Origin: Bigelowiella natans CCMP2755
Lineage: Eukaryota; Protista; Cercozoa
Length of the DNA stretch: 64,000 nt
Reading direction: 5' to 3'
Assembly (NCBI GenBank): GCA_000320545.1
Contig: ADNK01002347.1
Coordinates: 1 to 64,000 of the forward strand
In this document: positions 13,212 through 27,412 of the stretch, one piece after another
How positions within the stretch are numbered: position 1 is the first letter of the stretch
Layout of the letters: each line of letters opens with the position of its first letter
Program-made: the position numbers and the translations under genes
The notes under the pieces: generated by a model
Seen by the model: the letters and a program-made list of their open reading frames with translations, nothing else
What the model was told of the DNA's origin: nothing
Database searches by the model: none

Positions 13212-15337
13212 TCATCGCAACTCATATCCAAGAGTTGCCAATTCATTCCTTAATCGATCTTGTATCTCATCCACCTCTGTATTTGTCAACGAACGTTCCA
13301 TAGACCTATATTCGATTCTGAAGCAGCTGCCTGATAACATTCAAGTTGTTCCCATTCGCGTCAGAAGCGACGTCATTGACATATCATTGAAAAGAAAATT
13401 GTAAAGAAATTTACTAACTTGTTTTTCCAGTCTTTGGATGCGTGAATCTATCAATTAAAGTGACTTTCTCCGCTAAATCTCCAGCATTATCTCTAACATA
13501 AGCACAGAGATCGTTCTCATGAAATCCCGCTGGCTCCTAATTTATTGCAGCGAGTTTTTACCAAGTTTCATTTTTAAGAACACAAATAATTGTTGGCATA
13601 CCCAGAAAGATATATCTTTGTAACAAAGAGGATACTTGCTAAACTCTTTAAACTTTATTATCTTGTTTTCCGAGAACTGAAAAAGATAATATTGGTGCGA
13701 GTGAGGAATTTCAGAAATAATTTCAAATGTTATTTTTAATATTATCTTACTTGCTCCAAGAACCGTGTATCTTCGCTCCAGAACAAGCGTATATCAGGGA
13801 TTTGAAATAAGGCCATCGCCTAACATTTATTACAGATATTTTGCATTCTCCAGGTAGGAAGGAAGTAATTCTTTACCAGCCGTTCTAATCCTATACCGAA
13901 AGCCCAGCCTTTAAGGTGCCCGTTTCCAGTGTCTTCCAATATTTTGCTCTGCAAATGTGAACGAGGGAGTTTCAGATATGTATGATGCGAGACTGTTTAT
14001 TATTCACCTGAATTTGTCCACATCCTAAGACTTCCAGCCAATCTCCCTGAAAATAAACTTCTAGCTCCAGTGAAGGATCTGTAAATGGGAAATATGCATC
14101 CACCCATCTAGTTTCTGCCGTACCGAACAGCTCTAAAACGAGGCCTTCGAGAGTATCTTTCAAATCAGAGACTACTAATTCGCTGTCAATATTTGGGTCC
14201 TCGAATACATAAACACCCTAGTGGAAAAGAAATATATTAGGCACGCAACCGCTTTAATATATTCATCTTCTTAAATTAACCTCCATTTGATGGAACACAG
14301 GGTAATGACTTGAGTCGATCTCGTCTCGCCTTAAAACATAATTCTTAGCTATGTTGACACATTCACGGGAGGTGCGTGGCACCTGTAACAATCCCCAGTA
14401 GCCAAGAATGCACGATTTCCAGATTTCATCAACTCTGATTACACAATGAATTCGCTAAAATTGGCAACAGTAATAGGCAGAGAAAATAGAGAGAACCTTG
14501 CTGATGAGCACTGGTATGGGTCCTAAGAACTGTATTTTCATCCTAATGGTGCAAAGTTTAGCAAATTTACGTCTATCAATGTTGAGGTAATTATTACCAA
14601 GTAAAATGTATCGGATTTGGAGCGACTGATATGATCTTTTGGAACTAGGAGCTCATCAAAGCACCTGAATCAAAGATTGGCATTTTAAAAAAGCAAACAA
14701 AATTTCACTTTTCAAGTTACTTACTGTATTGTGGATACGTATGGATCCAAGTTATCATAGTATTTGAATAGCGTTTCTCCAGATTTGGTCTGAAATCTCT
14801 TCGAGAAGTAGCCTTCCACCATACATTTGACAATGTTTAACGGATGCAGCTGTTTGCGGTGCAACCCACGTCCAATCTGAGAGGAGACCACGGTCATGGT
14901 TGATACTTAGCATTCCCGAGTTTTGTTACCACCTTTTCTCGAATCCCTTCAGTGATGTTGCTTTCGAATGCCCGCAATGGCGGCGAGGATGAATACACTA
15001 ATAAAAATTTGCATTAGCCCCCCTACTTTCTTTCATTCACTACAAGTAGGATAAGTTACCTCTGGCCAGGCAATGCGATAGAAGCCCTCGATAATGCTTA
15101 CAATCGAGATTCGTCTTCCTCACCATCTTATTCGCAACGGCATTAATCATCTTGTGCAGGGTTGGACCTTGCGACGGCGACGACCAGGCGCAGCGACGGG
15201 GACAGATTACGTGTAGCAGAGCGCTTCGCAACTTCTCTGTACAACTATCTGTATAATATTTTCGTATAATATTTTAGGATATTATCGGGGAATAATTATT
15301 TTCTTCCTTTACTTCGAGCAGCACCTTCCCTTGCCAT
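13212..15337 (-). CDS. FARS2: Phenylalanyl-tRNA synthetase, monomeric organellar (FARS2/MSF1-type); start uncertain
   Basis: Exons give [112 protein letters not shown] and the anticodon-binding domain ([12 protein letters not shown]...[14 protein letters not shown]). Stop TGA at 13212-13214. Candidate ATGs at 15337 or 15150. Confidence 0.95.
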
Positions 15338-16324
15338 CCCACATGCCCGGTAGAACTAATTTTACGATGTGCATGGGGTCATAAGATACACTCACAGAAA
15401 TAATCAGGCAACAATAAAGGCAACAACAAAACTACAACAATAAGGCAACAACACAACAAACAGCAACGAACAACAACTGTGTGCTCGCATCCTTTTTTCG
15501 GGAAGAGAATCTAATGGAAATACATGATGTTCTTCCGATACGACAGCTTCTTTGACACTAGCTACATGTATCAGGAAAGGAAAGTAAATATCGCGGAAAT
15601 AATTGTACGATTAGCTACCGGAGGAAAGAGCGGAATTCTAATTTACGTCAACGAATGAATGATGACGCAACTTTCGTTTTTCGTGGATTTTGATGGCTTA
15701 AATGTATCAAAATTAAGATCCAGTGTTATCCAAAAATATGTAGTTTGTATATGGGAAATATGAGATGACAATGTACATCATCGTCTTCTGAAGAGCAAAA
15801 TCTGTTTTTGACCTCACAGCATGAAAGCTTTTTATTAGGTTTGAGGATGAAATATCCGAAAATGAATAATGAGGGCAAAAGTGGCCCCGGTCGAAACGTA
15901 TCCTTATACCTTGTCGTATTTGTGTAATTTCCTCGGATTTGAGGCTTTTTATGAGATTCTTTGATGTCGGCTTATGTCTGAAAAGGAGAGACTTCGATGA
16001 TTGTGCCCAGGCCAACTGGGGAGCCTTCACCTAAACCTTTATGTTGAAGTAATCATTGCATACAAGCAAGGCAGGTTGGAAACTATAATGAAATGCATCT
16101 AAGTATCTTCGATTGAGCAAGATCCAGTTGGGCGGAAAGTATTTGGGGTCCTCATTTGTGTTCGAGCAACAGTGTGAGATGCTCGTGTAATATGTATTCT
16201 TCAATTTGAGCACTTCTTTTGTCATATATTCGTAATATAGGCGCTGCTGCCTCTCCTCACCACCCAAAGCTAGTTCTTTTAATTACACGCGGCGACTTAA
16301 CGAGAGTGCAAAAGAAAGGAAGAA

Positions 16325-19300
16325 ATGCACACCACGCTAGGGAAGAAAGCTAATTCTGCGACAAAAGGTCCTGTGTTTGTGTTGATAGATTATCGATCCG
16401 ATACCGCCTGACCAATCTTAATATTATTGTCCATTGGATATAGGTGACAATGAAGCTATCACAATAGTTGGCCGGGCAGCGAATCCTCTTAATAAGGAAA
16501 ATTGGGAAGATGACTTTGAGCTCCCAGAGTCGCTAAATATTAGTGAAGGCCCATATCTCAAAGCGTTGGGAAAGAACGAAGAAGTATGGGCTCCGGAGGA
16601 AAAAGAAGGTTCCTTTGGAGTTCCAGAATTTGGAGAAGAAGATCCATTGGCTGCTATGTCCGACGACGAAGAGAAAGGAGATGCAATTGGAGTTGAGTCT
16701 AGGGATTTTGACGACAGCGATTCAGAGGATTGGGATCAACAGGCTAAAGCAGAACGTGAGAAAGAGGAGAAAACAAAGAGGCATAGCAAAGAGGCTACCG
16801 AATACGATTTCTCTGGATTTGGCGACGACGATGAAGAAGAGGATTGGACTACCTTCGACGGGTTCCACGGCGAAGAACCCTCCAGCTCATTTGCGCATTT
16901 GGACATTCCTGATGAAGAAGCAGTAGACGAAAATGACATAAAACAATATAGTCTTATAATGAAATTGATGGCGGAGCAAGGCCAGGAGCGATATAATATA
17001 GTCACTTATCCTGAACCTCCGAGATTATACTCTGATAACTTGAAAGACAAAGTTGGTGCATATCAAGATGCGGAACTCATTGCATTTTTAGAGGGTTTGG
17101 GCAGGGATAGAGAGGAACAGAAACGAGATCTCAAGGAAGAGACTCCAAAGAGGAATGCATCAATATCGCAACGCATATCCACCTCTACAGACAAAAACAA
17201 ACTGAAGGATTCAAAGCAAAATAAGTATCTAAAGAAGTCTAGAAACTATTTAAGTCGTGACAGCTCTTTAAAGGAACGCGTCATGAAACTGTCGTTCGAA
17301 ATAGATGAGAATGACTCCTTGCCTGCAATTCTGACCAAGTGCTCTGAAGTGGTGGCTCTGCTTATGATAGAGAAACCTGAGCGAATCGCCGAAGTCGTCG
17401 GGGACTGCGGGAAATATCTAGAATCAAATCTATCGTCTCCTACGATCACAGTTTTCAAAGACCACACAATCAGCGCAAATTTGTTCTACAATTTGCTTCA
17501 CATAACAGCAACATATCACCAAATCCACCCGATTCATATCCGTACCGCTATAGTTTGTTTCCCTACTTTTGCACCTTTATTCAATCTCTTAAAATTTGAA
17601 TGTAAGGCCCACCATGATGGAAGTGTAGCCGATTTGTTACTACAGTCTTTCTGTCAGATTTATGCAAATCAGAAAGAAATTACTGATGAGTATGAAAAAA
17701 AGGTATCCCAGGAGAGTGTGGACGACTCTAAGGTTGTTCTGCACGTCAAGGGGAGGGACAATAATCCCGAAGCACAATCGTTCGAAAGTGTCATGCAGGG
17801 AGAATCAGAACCCGTCCTAGAAAAGAGCAGAAGCGGCACTAAACGTATGAAGGTTCGCGTAGCATACCAAGTCCAGGCTAGAGCACTATCAAGCTTGCAT
17901 CTATATTTGGATAATCGCTCTCCCATAGACTGGAAGAAATTATCACGAGCAGCGCAATATGATCCTCTCGACAACCCCAGTTTCGAATGGCTCATAAATG
18001 CATTTGATGGCATACCCCCGAAAGAATCCACGGACGATCAGTTCAAGCTCACATATGAGATTTGCGGCAGCGAAATTAAGAGGATGAAAATCTTGCAGGG
18101 CCTGTACAAAAATATCGACCCATTTGAGTCATTAGCAAAGGTATCACCCTCACGTAACTTATAGCTCATTTCATCGCGTTCAATGCTAATCCCTTCCTAT
18201 TCAACAATACGAAAAAAAATTAGGCTCAAGCGGCTTTTGCTCTCGCAAAGTATCTTTCTGAGGGGAGCCTTCAGGAATCCACAGGAGGTTTCCTCGGAAT
18301 GGAAACTCTTAGTCATACCCGGGGGAACTTCTCGCGTGTTGCGGAAAATATAGCTTTTGAGTGTGTCATCGTTTTGGACAGATTAGGTATGCAGGACAAA
18401 GCGTCTCTCCGATTCATCCAGTCTCCCATGGGAGTTAGCGCCCTTGTTTTATTTGGAGACATTTTAAACGCGAATTCCAAGTATCAGTACGCTGTTCATG
18501 CTTTTGAATCAGCAATCAATGTCTACAAAAATATGGAAGAGACCCGATACTCGAATATGATCAATACCTTATCAACATTGTGTGAAAAACACGACGATTG
18601 GGAAAGGGCTCTCAAATATCACAACAAGATTCTGGAAAAAGCTAAGATTGACGGCGATCTCAACATGTACGTCTATATTGTACAGCAGATTAGTAAGATC
18701 CATACCAAGGCAGGAGACTTCCTAACGGCAGTGAAGCATCTTCGTTCTGCGATTGAAATTCTTAACCAATGCATCAAAGAGAAGCAGGTTGATCTTTACA
18801 TGTTGTTTATGTTGTGTGTGAGTATGTTGAACTGAAAGAATAAATTATGGATGATGATCATGATGATGATAATGATATGCAACAACAGAGCGGGCCTGTG
18901 AAGCACCACCATCTCCGCGGGGTCAACAATGCATTAGATGTCCACAATCGACATCTTGCAAAGCTGCATGGACTAAATACGTCAAAGAAAATCGACTTTT
19001 TCCCGGAAGTTCATATGCAGGAAGTCAGGAACCAAAAAGTGAATCTTTACCTGCGACTTGCACAGCATTTCCTAGACGCAAAGCGCATAATAGAAGCGAT
19101 CGTCGTCTTAGAGTTTCTCCTGGACAAAGAGGGAAACCTTCCTAGAGGCAAAATATCTGTCGTACATCTTCTTCTTGCAACCGCGTACACCAAAAAGAGA
19201 CTCTACGGGTGTGCACGGGAGCTGATAGAACATATGCAAAGCATCGCGAGAGAGAAGAAGAACTCCTCACTCTTCAATATTCCTGGCTCTGAGGATGTAT

Positions 19301-22300
19301 GCTTCAACGCAGAGTTTACCCCCATACTCGGCGTCAGCCCTTCTGAAGTCGTCAAAACACGAGAATTTGCTGCACTCTGCGCGAAGAATAACTATTGTCT
19401 CGGGATCTTCCCCAACGCGCAGCTATGGACTCGGGTACGAATATCAAAGTCAAATCCAACCAGCCTCACTCTGGGCCAACGCGGGAATTTACACTATAGA
19501 ATGGGTAAGATCTTGCAGGGCATCATATTTCAAGAGCTGGCAACAGCAAACATGGGGGCCAACAGCATATCGGAAGAGATAACCGTGTTTCCCGACACCC
19601 GAGAGTGCATGAAGGAATTCGATCAGGCGTATACATTCTTCGAGAAGGTGGAGGATCAGGTTCACATCGCTAAAACCCTCGTTCGTATCGTAGAAACGTA
19701 TTTGCACGTTGCTTTCATTTCGGTTGCTCTGCTGGGACAAAAGATCGAAATCCTCGAGAAATGGCTTGAGACTGCCGGTTTTACCCCTGATGGTCTGGAT
19801 TCAAAAGACCCTAAAAAGGCGGTCAAAACCTGGGAACATTTTCTCTTCAAATTGGAGGGGCCTGCGTATGAATCCTTAGACGTTGGGCTGAAGACTTACC
19901 ACCCAGTTCTGTATCTGAAGGGCCTTATGAATGTGGCCGAGATACGATATCTGCAAGGAAATTATGAAGCTGCCTTGAAATTTTGGAGGGAATGCAAGAA
20001 TTCTCTCTTCACGGTGGCCATGAACTCTGAGAGATGCGTAATGGTCGATCGAGCAACGCCAGGAATGACTTCAAGCGTGCACTCAATTTTCGAACGACTT
20101 GTGAGGATGCTGATGTGCTTTCCGCCGGCTCTCATAAACATGAACTTGGTGCTGATAGATTCACACCATCTGCATATGATCGAGCTGTTTGCTGACGTCG
20201 AGCAATGCTCTCCCATGCGTCTTTGGCATGGAGAGAAGAAATCTGAAGAGCAGGAGCAGCAAAACCAGGCAGCGGGAGGGTCTAATCAAACTGGACTGCG
20301 AAAGCAAAGGATGCTGCATATGAGGGGGATCCGAGATGATGTTGACATCTTCATGAACAATGACACTGAGGTGATGGTAGAGACGCGACGTTGGCTTCGT
20401 CAGCGGAAGACGCCGGAGCCCTTAACCCAGGAAAAGCACTGGCGTAAGCATCTATCTGCCTTCATGGGTGCTGTGGGATCGAGATCTATGTCAAAGTCGC
20501 TGCATCATGACTTGGCGGGATCGATGATGTACGATAACTATCTCGACCGCGACAGCTACAAAAAAGCGATTGAGTTGCGGGACAAGGTGTGCTCCCTGTT
20601 CTACCAGATCTCTCTCAATTTCTCGCAGGCCACTGCGGGGAGATTCACTCAAAAAGAGCTCATGGTGAAAAACCGTAGCGATTTGAACGCCATCGTTAAG
20701 AACATGGATCAGCTGCGAAGTTTGACTTACAATAAAAGCGGAAGGCCTGGAGGAGTAGCTTCAGCGTATTCCCCCCCTGTTCAAGGACGTAAAATTGGAG
20801 GTTCTGCTGCTGGGAAAAACCCTCCTGTGCCTCCTCCTCCTCCCCCAGCAGCAGGATCAGCAGCAGCACATAGTAGTTCACGTGTTGCGCCAGCAAGTAA
20901 CTTTCCAACCACTCGACGAGCATCGTCGGTATGGATGTCGGAATTTAGCAGAAACAGCAACTCCAGGGCGGGAGATCCTCTATGGTCAACGTTGAACTAC
21001 TGCATTCCCCTGGGAAATGTGATTGTTTTCTACTCTCCGCAATTAAGAGCAAAGAGCATTAGAATGGTGACGGCAGGGACACTCATGCAGGGCCAAAGTA
21101 ATGGACTTCGGATTGAACCGAAATTCCTATCGAGGGTCTTCCAAGACTTTATAGAATACCAAAATGAGCTGAGAGGCGGCACCGTTCTGGAAAGAGGGGA
21201 GGCCAAGTCAAGGCGGGGAGGTCTACACCAGAGAGAGACGGAAATACTCAAGTTTGCAAGGAAGTTGGGCATGCTAAGTGAAGGAAAGGTAGATATGAGC
21301 AGAGATTTCGGTTCAAAAAAGAAAGAAACTAGTAGAGATTTTCAACCGCTGCAGGAGGAAGACCCAAATGAAATGATTGACGAGGAAATGAAAGAGGACA
21401 TCCAGAGCAAGCATTTATCTGCAGCTCCACAAGCAATACTTGATTCGAGTAGCGGTGATTTGAAAGTGGGCGCGACGACGACCAAAGCAAACATTTCCAA
21501 CTCCGAAATGCGTGCTATAAGGCGGCGACTGCCCAGCTCTCAATTTCTCGCGGATTTAGATGATCAGGAGACAATGCCTGAGGAAGAATTACACCCTGAA
21601 ATCGATGAAATCCATCCAACTCCAAGCAAGAAAACTGCGAAACAAAAGCAAAAGGAGAAGAGGTCGCGAAATGATAGGGTTGGATCTTTGTATGACGTTC
21701 TTGATGAGTTGCAGGGAGTATCTAGCTCCAATGCAATCAAGGGACCTCCCGAGGAGGAACAGCAGCCAAAGATGGCCGTTGGCGCTCCAGACTCTGAAGA
21801 GGAAACTCCATCGAAGAAGCTCAAAGAGAAAAAGGTTGACTCTATAGAAACGGAGAGTTCATCGGAGTATCGTAAGCGGACCTCATCGGAAATTACGCTT
21901 GCGAAGCTTGAGTTGGACATTTCTTTTGAGCAGAAGGAAGCGAATAGTCATGGAGAAAGGAGAACTTCTGTCTTGGAGATCTTCAGCAACAGAGACAAGC
22001 TCGTCACAGCGAAAAGCACCTCCGCTAGAAGATGGAATGGAGTAACTTTCATGGTCAACTGCACAGATGAAAAACAGACATTGTGGTTCGTCGTGCGACG
22101 TGGCTCAAGGGACTGCGATTTCTTCGGATCTGTGCATATTCCCCTGCACGATCTTGTGAAAGCAAAATCGGACTTCAAGCTCGATCTTGAAGACAAAAGC
22201 AACCTCCACTCGCAACCCGACCTTCTCAACACAGTCCCAAAAGTCGGAGAAATAACCTTTCATCGAATTGAATGCGGTCCGAAGGGTAAATTCCGTGATG

Positions 22301-23784
22301 AAAATATAGAAGAGTCGCTTACGTTTCCGGATATGAAGGAGGATAGTGACACAGATTCTCAACAAGCCATAATTGAGAAGCTTCTTCCGCCATCCTTTGA
22401 CATCATGCTGATAAAGGAACTTCTAGCTGCTTTGGATAGGCAGAACATTCTAGCTCTTCTCTCTGGAATGTTCAACGAATGCCAAATAATCCTCACATCT
22501 CAGAACAACTTCCGCTTGAAGGCTGCCATAAATTGTCTGCTTCGGCTAATGTACCCTTTCCACTGGCAGCACACTCTCGTGCCGTTGCTTCCACGTTCGT
22601 GTGTTGGCATGCTCAGTCTGAAATCGCCATACATTATTGCTGTCAATCAGTTCGTTTTCCCGAGCTGCATCGACCTGATTCCCCCCAAAGCCATCGTAGC
22701 TTTCCTCGATCATAACCAGATACGTATTCGCCCTGGCACTTTCACCGCTTTCCCCCCCCAGATCAAGAATCGACTATCGACAGCCATCCAGCAATTTCGC
22801 GTTATGTTATTCCGTAGTTTAGTGACTAATAAAGATCCATATGCCGAAGGAGCAGATAAGAAGCTGATGAGAAGTGGCAGCTTTACCACCAAAGCGACTG
22901 GTTCTCAACGATCTGGGGGAGATATTCAAGTTAAAATAACCGGCCCTACTGAAGAGCCAGCGTCTGTGAAATCCACAAGGTTAGCAACGGCAGTGGGCTC
23001 TACCAATTCATCGAGAAGATTTGGGTCTCCAGTGGCAAGGCCTGAAATGTCACTCCAGATTCTCAAACAGCACTTCCTTGATTGCTTCGTATCGCTGTTC
23101 TATAAATTCCGCTTAAATTGGACAGGCAATCCAAAGCAGCCTCTTGATGTGAGAGGGTTCCTCAGGCTCACAAAGCCAGAGTACCGTATGTTTGTCCGCC
23201 GCTTTGTCCGAACGAAGGTGTTTGGGAATTTCATTGAGTTACGAGCCAATCTCAGCATCGAGCAGCATAGCCCAAGCTATGTATTCGACGAAATGGTTTA
23301 CAGGAAGATTTACGATAAATATCTGAAGATCCGTAGCCTACAATCGGCCACTAAAACAGGCAAGATGCTATGTCAGAAAGGGAAGGGAAGATGGAAGATG
23401 CGATCCGTTGAAATCTTACAAAATCATCTGAATGTGTACAAGTATAACAAGAGAAAAGGTGCAAAATACACGCGTTTACTGAAGTCGGGTTGGTTTCAAA
23501 TTGACATCCACAAAGCCGTAGGCAACAATAATAACTATTTCTCATTCGAGCTAAGGAACGTGTGGGAAACTCAGAAGGATGATTCTACGTTGACCTTCAG
23601 AGTAACAAGTGAAAAGGAAAGGCAAGAATGGGTTAAAGCGATAAATGTTCGCATAATGGATAGCCATTTGAAACTCTCATACGAGTTTGTCGTGAATAAG
23701 CTCGGTCCTCGATTTGCTGGATCTAATGATGAGATGGTAGCTATCATGCCGAAACAGAAGCAGACCATTCCTAGGCCAGGATAA
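16325..23784 (+). CDS. Large (~2400 aa) protein: acidic N-terminus, TPR-like helices, C2-like segment, cDENN + dDENN, C-terminal PH domain
   Basis: ORFs 16434-18164, 18299-18835 and 18847-23784 are joined by short GT-AG introns (16368-16443, 18141-18222, ~18788-18888). DENN motifs: ECQIILTSQNNFRLKAAINCLLRLMYPFHWQHTLVPLLP...PYIIAV and FVRRFVRTKVFGNFIE. PH motif: KTGKMLCQKGKGRWKMR...FRVTSEKERQEWVKAIN. TPR-like segment: DWERALKYHNKILEKAK. Confidence 0.88.
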
Positions 23785-24313
23785 TATAGAGCAACTACAT
23801 TAGAAATGTAAATGTTAACAATGAAATCCACCATTCAAAATTGTATAATTGAGTCCACACATGCGCTACATGCTGTAATAAAGACATACGTACACTGTTT
23901 CTATGACATCAAGCTAGCAAGGCATTGCGACGACAGTACATTGTTAAAATTGGCGTGTGTCTGCAGCATGATGAGGTGCGCACATGTAGGACTTACTGGC
24001 GTACCCCAATCGGTCTGGACACCCATCATTACAGCTTGCAGCTCGATGCTATGCTAGCTATGCGTCCATGATGGACGATGCACCATCTAGCTAGTGTACA
24101 CGTGCTAACGTGGGCTATGCACACTGTGGCGCGGCTACATCTAGACATGATGTTCTGGCTTCAAGTATGTATGTACTCTAGTACTCTACGATACTAATAA
24201 CTAGATCATTGCTTGCTCTGGCTCTGATTTTATGACTTTCTATCGCGTTCGACGCTCATAAACCAATTTTACCATCACAAATTATATTATATATTTATTT
24301 TAACTTTATTAAT

Positions 24314-25246
24314 TCATTCAAGTACATAGCCAAGCTCAAGCAGCAGTTCACGTGTAGCTGTACACTCTGATTCTGGGTAGTCGTCGGTCATATCAGAGTC
24401 ATCGAAGTCACGTCGAGTATCTTCGCAACATCTAATCACACAAATTTACAACAGCTTCAATTTAACAAGTTTGATACCAACTCTAACAATGTTATCACTA
24501 GGGTTGAATACTACTGCTTCAAGAGTTTGGGGGGGGAAAGATCCAGCATTCTACGTGCAGCTAATTCCGTTATAATAGTTGAAATATTTTCCGAGAACGT
24601 TGGGAGCAACAGATACTTAACCTAAAAATTCACAAAAAAACACAAATATTTTTGAACATGTTTGAAATTGATTGTGGAATCCAGACTAAAAGATTTCTAG
24701 AGTTTAAAGTGTAGAGTAACATTTTCTTCCCAGATTCTATCTCTGCAGCTGTCATGGAGCATACGCAAAGCTTTGTGATCAGCAAACCGCGCAGCAATGT
24801 GGCCTACGCAATTATAATCAAGTAGATATCAGACAACTGCAGATCCTATATGATCAAACAAGCGAAATTATGGAAGAAGATGAATAAACCTGGCGTTCGT
24901 CCCATCAGATCCCTAGCGTCAAGATCAGCCTTTGCATCAATGAGCAATTTAATTGTTTCTTGGTTTCCACCACTATATCTGCATGCGAAATGCAGCGGAG
25001 TCCAGGCATTTTTATGTGCGTGCCCGCTGAGATAGCTGAACCTTTGAGTATTGCAAGAATGACTGGGAGGTTTTGGAAGTTATTTATCAAAGGCAGCAAC
25101 CATTTGAGGTTATCTGGTTGTCGAGCATTGACTTGGGCCTTTTTCTCGAGTAAACGTTTAACTTCTTTTGCGTTGTGTTGAAACGAAGGTTGGAATAACT
25201 CCCCTCCATACTGATTCTTCGCCTTCTTCGACGCCTCAGAACCCAT
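24314..25246 (-). CDS. Ankyrin-repeat protein with N-myristoylation motif
   Basis: Starts MGSEASK (MGxxxS). Exons give EVKRLLEKKAQVNARQ, WTPLHFACRYSGGNQETIKLLIDAKADLDARDLMGRTP and GHIAARFADHKALRML. The 3' exons (VKYLLLPTFSENISTII...LLELGYVLE*) are less certain. Confidence 0.8.
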
Positions 25247-25648
25247 CCCAGTTATTCCAAACTAGAGAAGTTGTACCTCGTTCTGTCGAAGGGGAGAGAA
25301 AATTCGAAGCACCTTCAGCAAGTGAGAGATGCCATGTGTTCGAAGAATAAAGAGTGTTTCTTTACTGCGACAACGAAATATCATTGACGCAGACTTCGTG
25401 TTTTTTTGACGGCAAAAACAGTCTTCCTATTCATTCTGCGACAAAGATAAACCATTGTCGTAAACACAGAAAACAACACTTCTGCCTCTCCTCCGAAAGA
25501 TGAACGATCCGCAACGAGCAACGTCAACGGATCAAAAAATCAAAATCCATCTCCCCACGCGTCCTTCATATAAAAGAAATAAAAATCAAAGTAGGGCAGC
25601 CATACAGTCTATTGGCTTGCTCGTTCGCTTTAGAACCAAAAGTTTCGT

Positions 25649-26853
25649 ATGCTGTCGTGGGCAGATCTAGGGCCGCTGTCAGGATGCGTTGCGATCATCG
25701 CAATGCTGGTGTACCAGTGGCCAGGGGACATTCCATTCTTGAAGCCGCCGCGAATGAAGAAGACACAACAACACATACTAGGATTCGGTGGCTGTTTGCA
25801 CCATGACTTCCATCCTTGGGAGATTTTTGACGCGGTACTAAAAGAATGAAATTCCTGGTTTGATTGCTTTTTGATTAGATGTCCCATCAGGTGGCGGCAG
25901 CGAAAGTTGACAAATTCATCTTCATGGGTAAACATGACGAAGCTAATATTTCAATCGGAAAGAAAAATGAATAGAATTATATTCTATAGTTTTTCGTGTT
26001 CGGGAAACTATCTTTTCAGCTATGACTGTTTCGTTGTCAGGTGATTTTATCTATGCTGACTGGCCAGACTCTTCGAGGGGGTTGGAGGACCTCACAAAAC
26101 TGTCTGAAAACGGTGCAGAAAAGTGATATTTTAATCTTTCATGAAGATAAGGACTAAGATCATAGTGTGGATGATTGGCCATTATTGTAACCGTTTTACA
26201 AATGATCGGATCTTGAGTTACTTTAACAACATGAAGCATTTAGTGATGATCTTGCTTGATTGACATGGTTAGCATAGATCTCATAATATCTCTCCACTTC
26301 TATTGTATTACGCATAGAGTACAAGCACCGACTGAACGGACTGTACGAGGGAGCTCTCAACGACCAAAAGCTTTTACCTCTGCTTCGAAGCGAGAAAATG
26401 TCATCATCGTCGTCTTCGTCGCCATTATTCTCGCCTGTTCCCTAATATATATATGTCGTTGCGACCTTCCCTTTGAGGATATGATTATTATATTCATCTA
26501 ACGTGCTAACAACAATAAACACAGCTATTTCATGTGGAACGATCATGAAATATTCGACAACTATGATCAAGGGCCTGATACTATGCACTATAAGGTGTTG
26601 TTCCAACAACTAGTTTTGATGGCAGACACAATTGTATGATAAACAAGCTCTAAGAACACACGCACATTAAAGTCACACAAAAAGGAACTGATCCATTTTT
26701 GTGTTGGATGTTGAATATACATTTGCATGGTTATCGAGTAGATTGCCAAAGATGCTTTTCAATCCCACTTAACATCCAAACATAACCCATCTCCTGTTGA
26801 CGATGGTAGGTGCAAGCAACAATCAATGAAAGACAACAGTATCATAAGATTTG

Positions 26854-26905
<52 letters not shown>

Positions 26906-27202
26906 GGGGGCGGAAGAGCATAGAAGTTGCGATGGGATCATCATGTAAATATGTGTCTTAAACATCAGGCGAGCTTTACTTTACATTCTCTAACAAGAAG
27001 TATGAATATGAGGTATTAGTGCATAACCCACACTTTCACTTTTGGATGTTTTTCATTAATCTTCTCGTGACTTTCTCTTCTGCCTTTCCCTGCTAAAAAC
27101 AGGTGTTTGTGCTAGATACAAGATCCTTTCGCTCTCCGATGGTAGTCGCTGATGACGATAACATAGAAGTTACTAATTATACTACAAGACTTCCCAGTCG
27201 TG

Positions 27203-27238
<36 letters not shown>

Positions 27239-27370
27239 GTCTTCTCCAAATGCTCTACAAGATAAAAAAGGATGGTCCTACGAGTGAGAAAACTATGTTG
27301 GGGGAGAAGCAACTTGGGAGGTGATCCAATGAAACTTGCTTCCTCAATACAACACACAGAGGCGCGCGCG

Positions 27371-27412
<42 letters not shown>

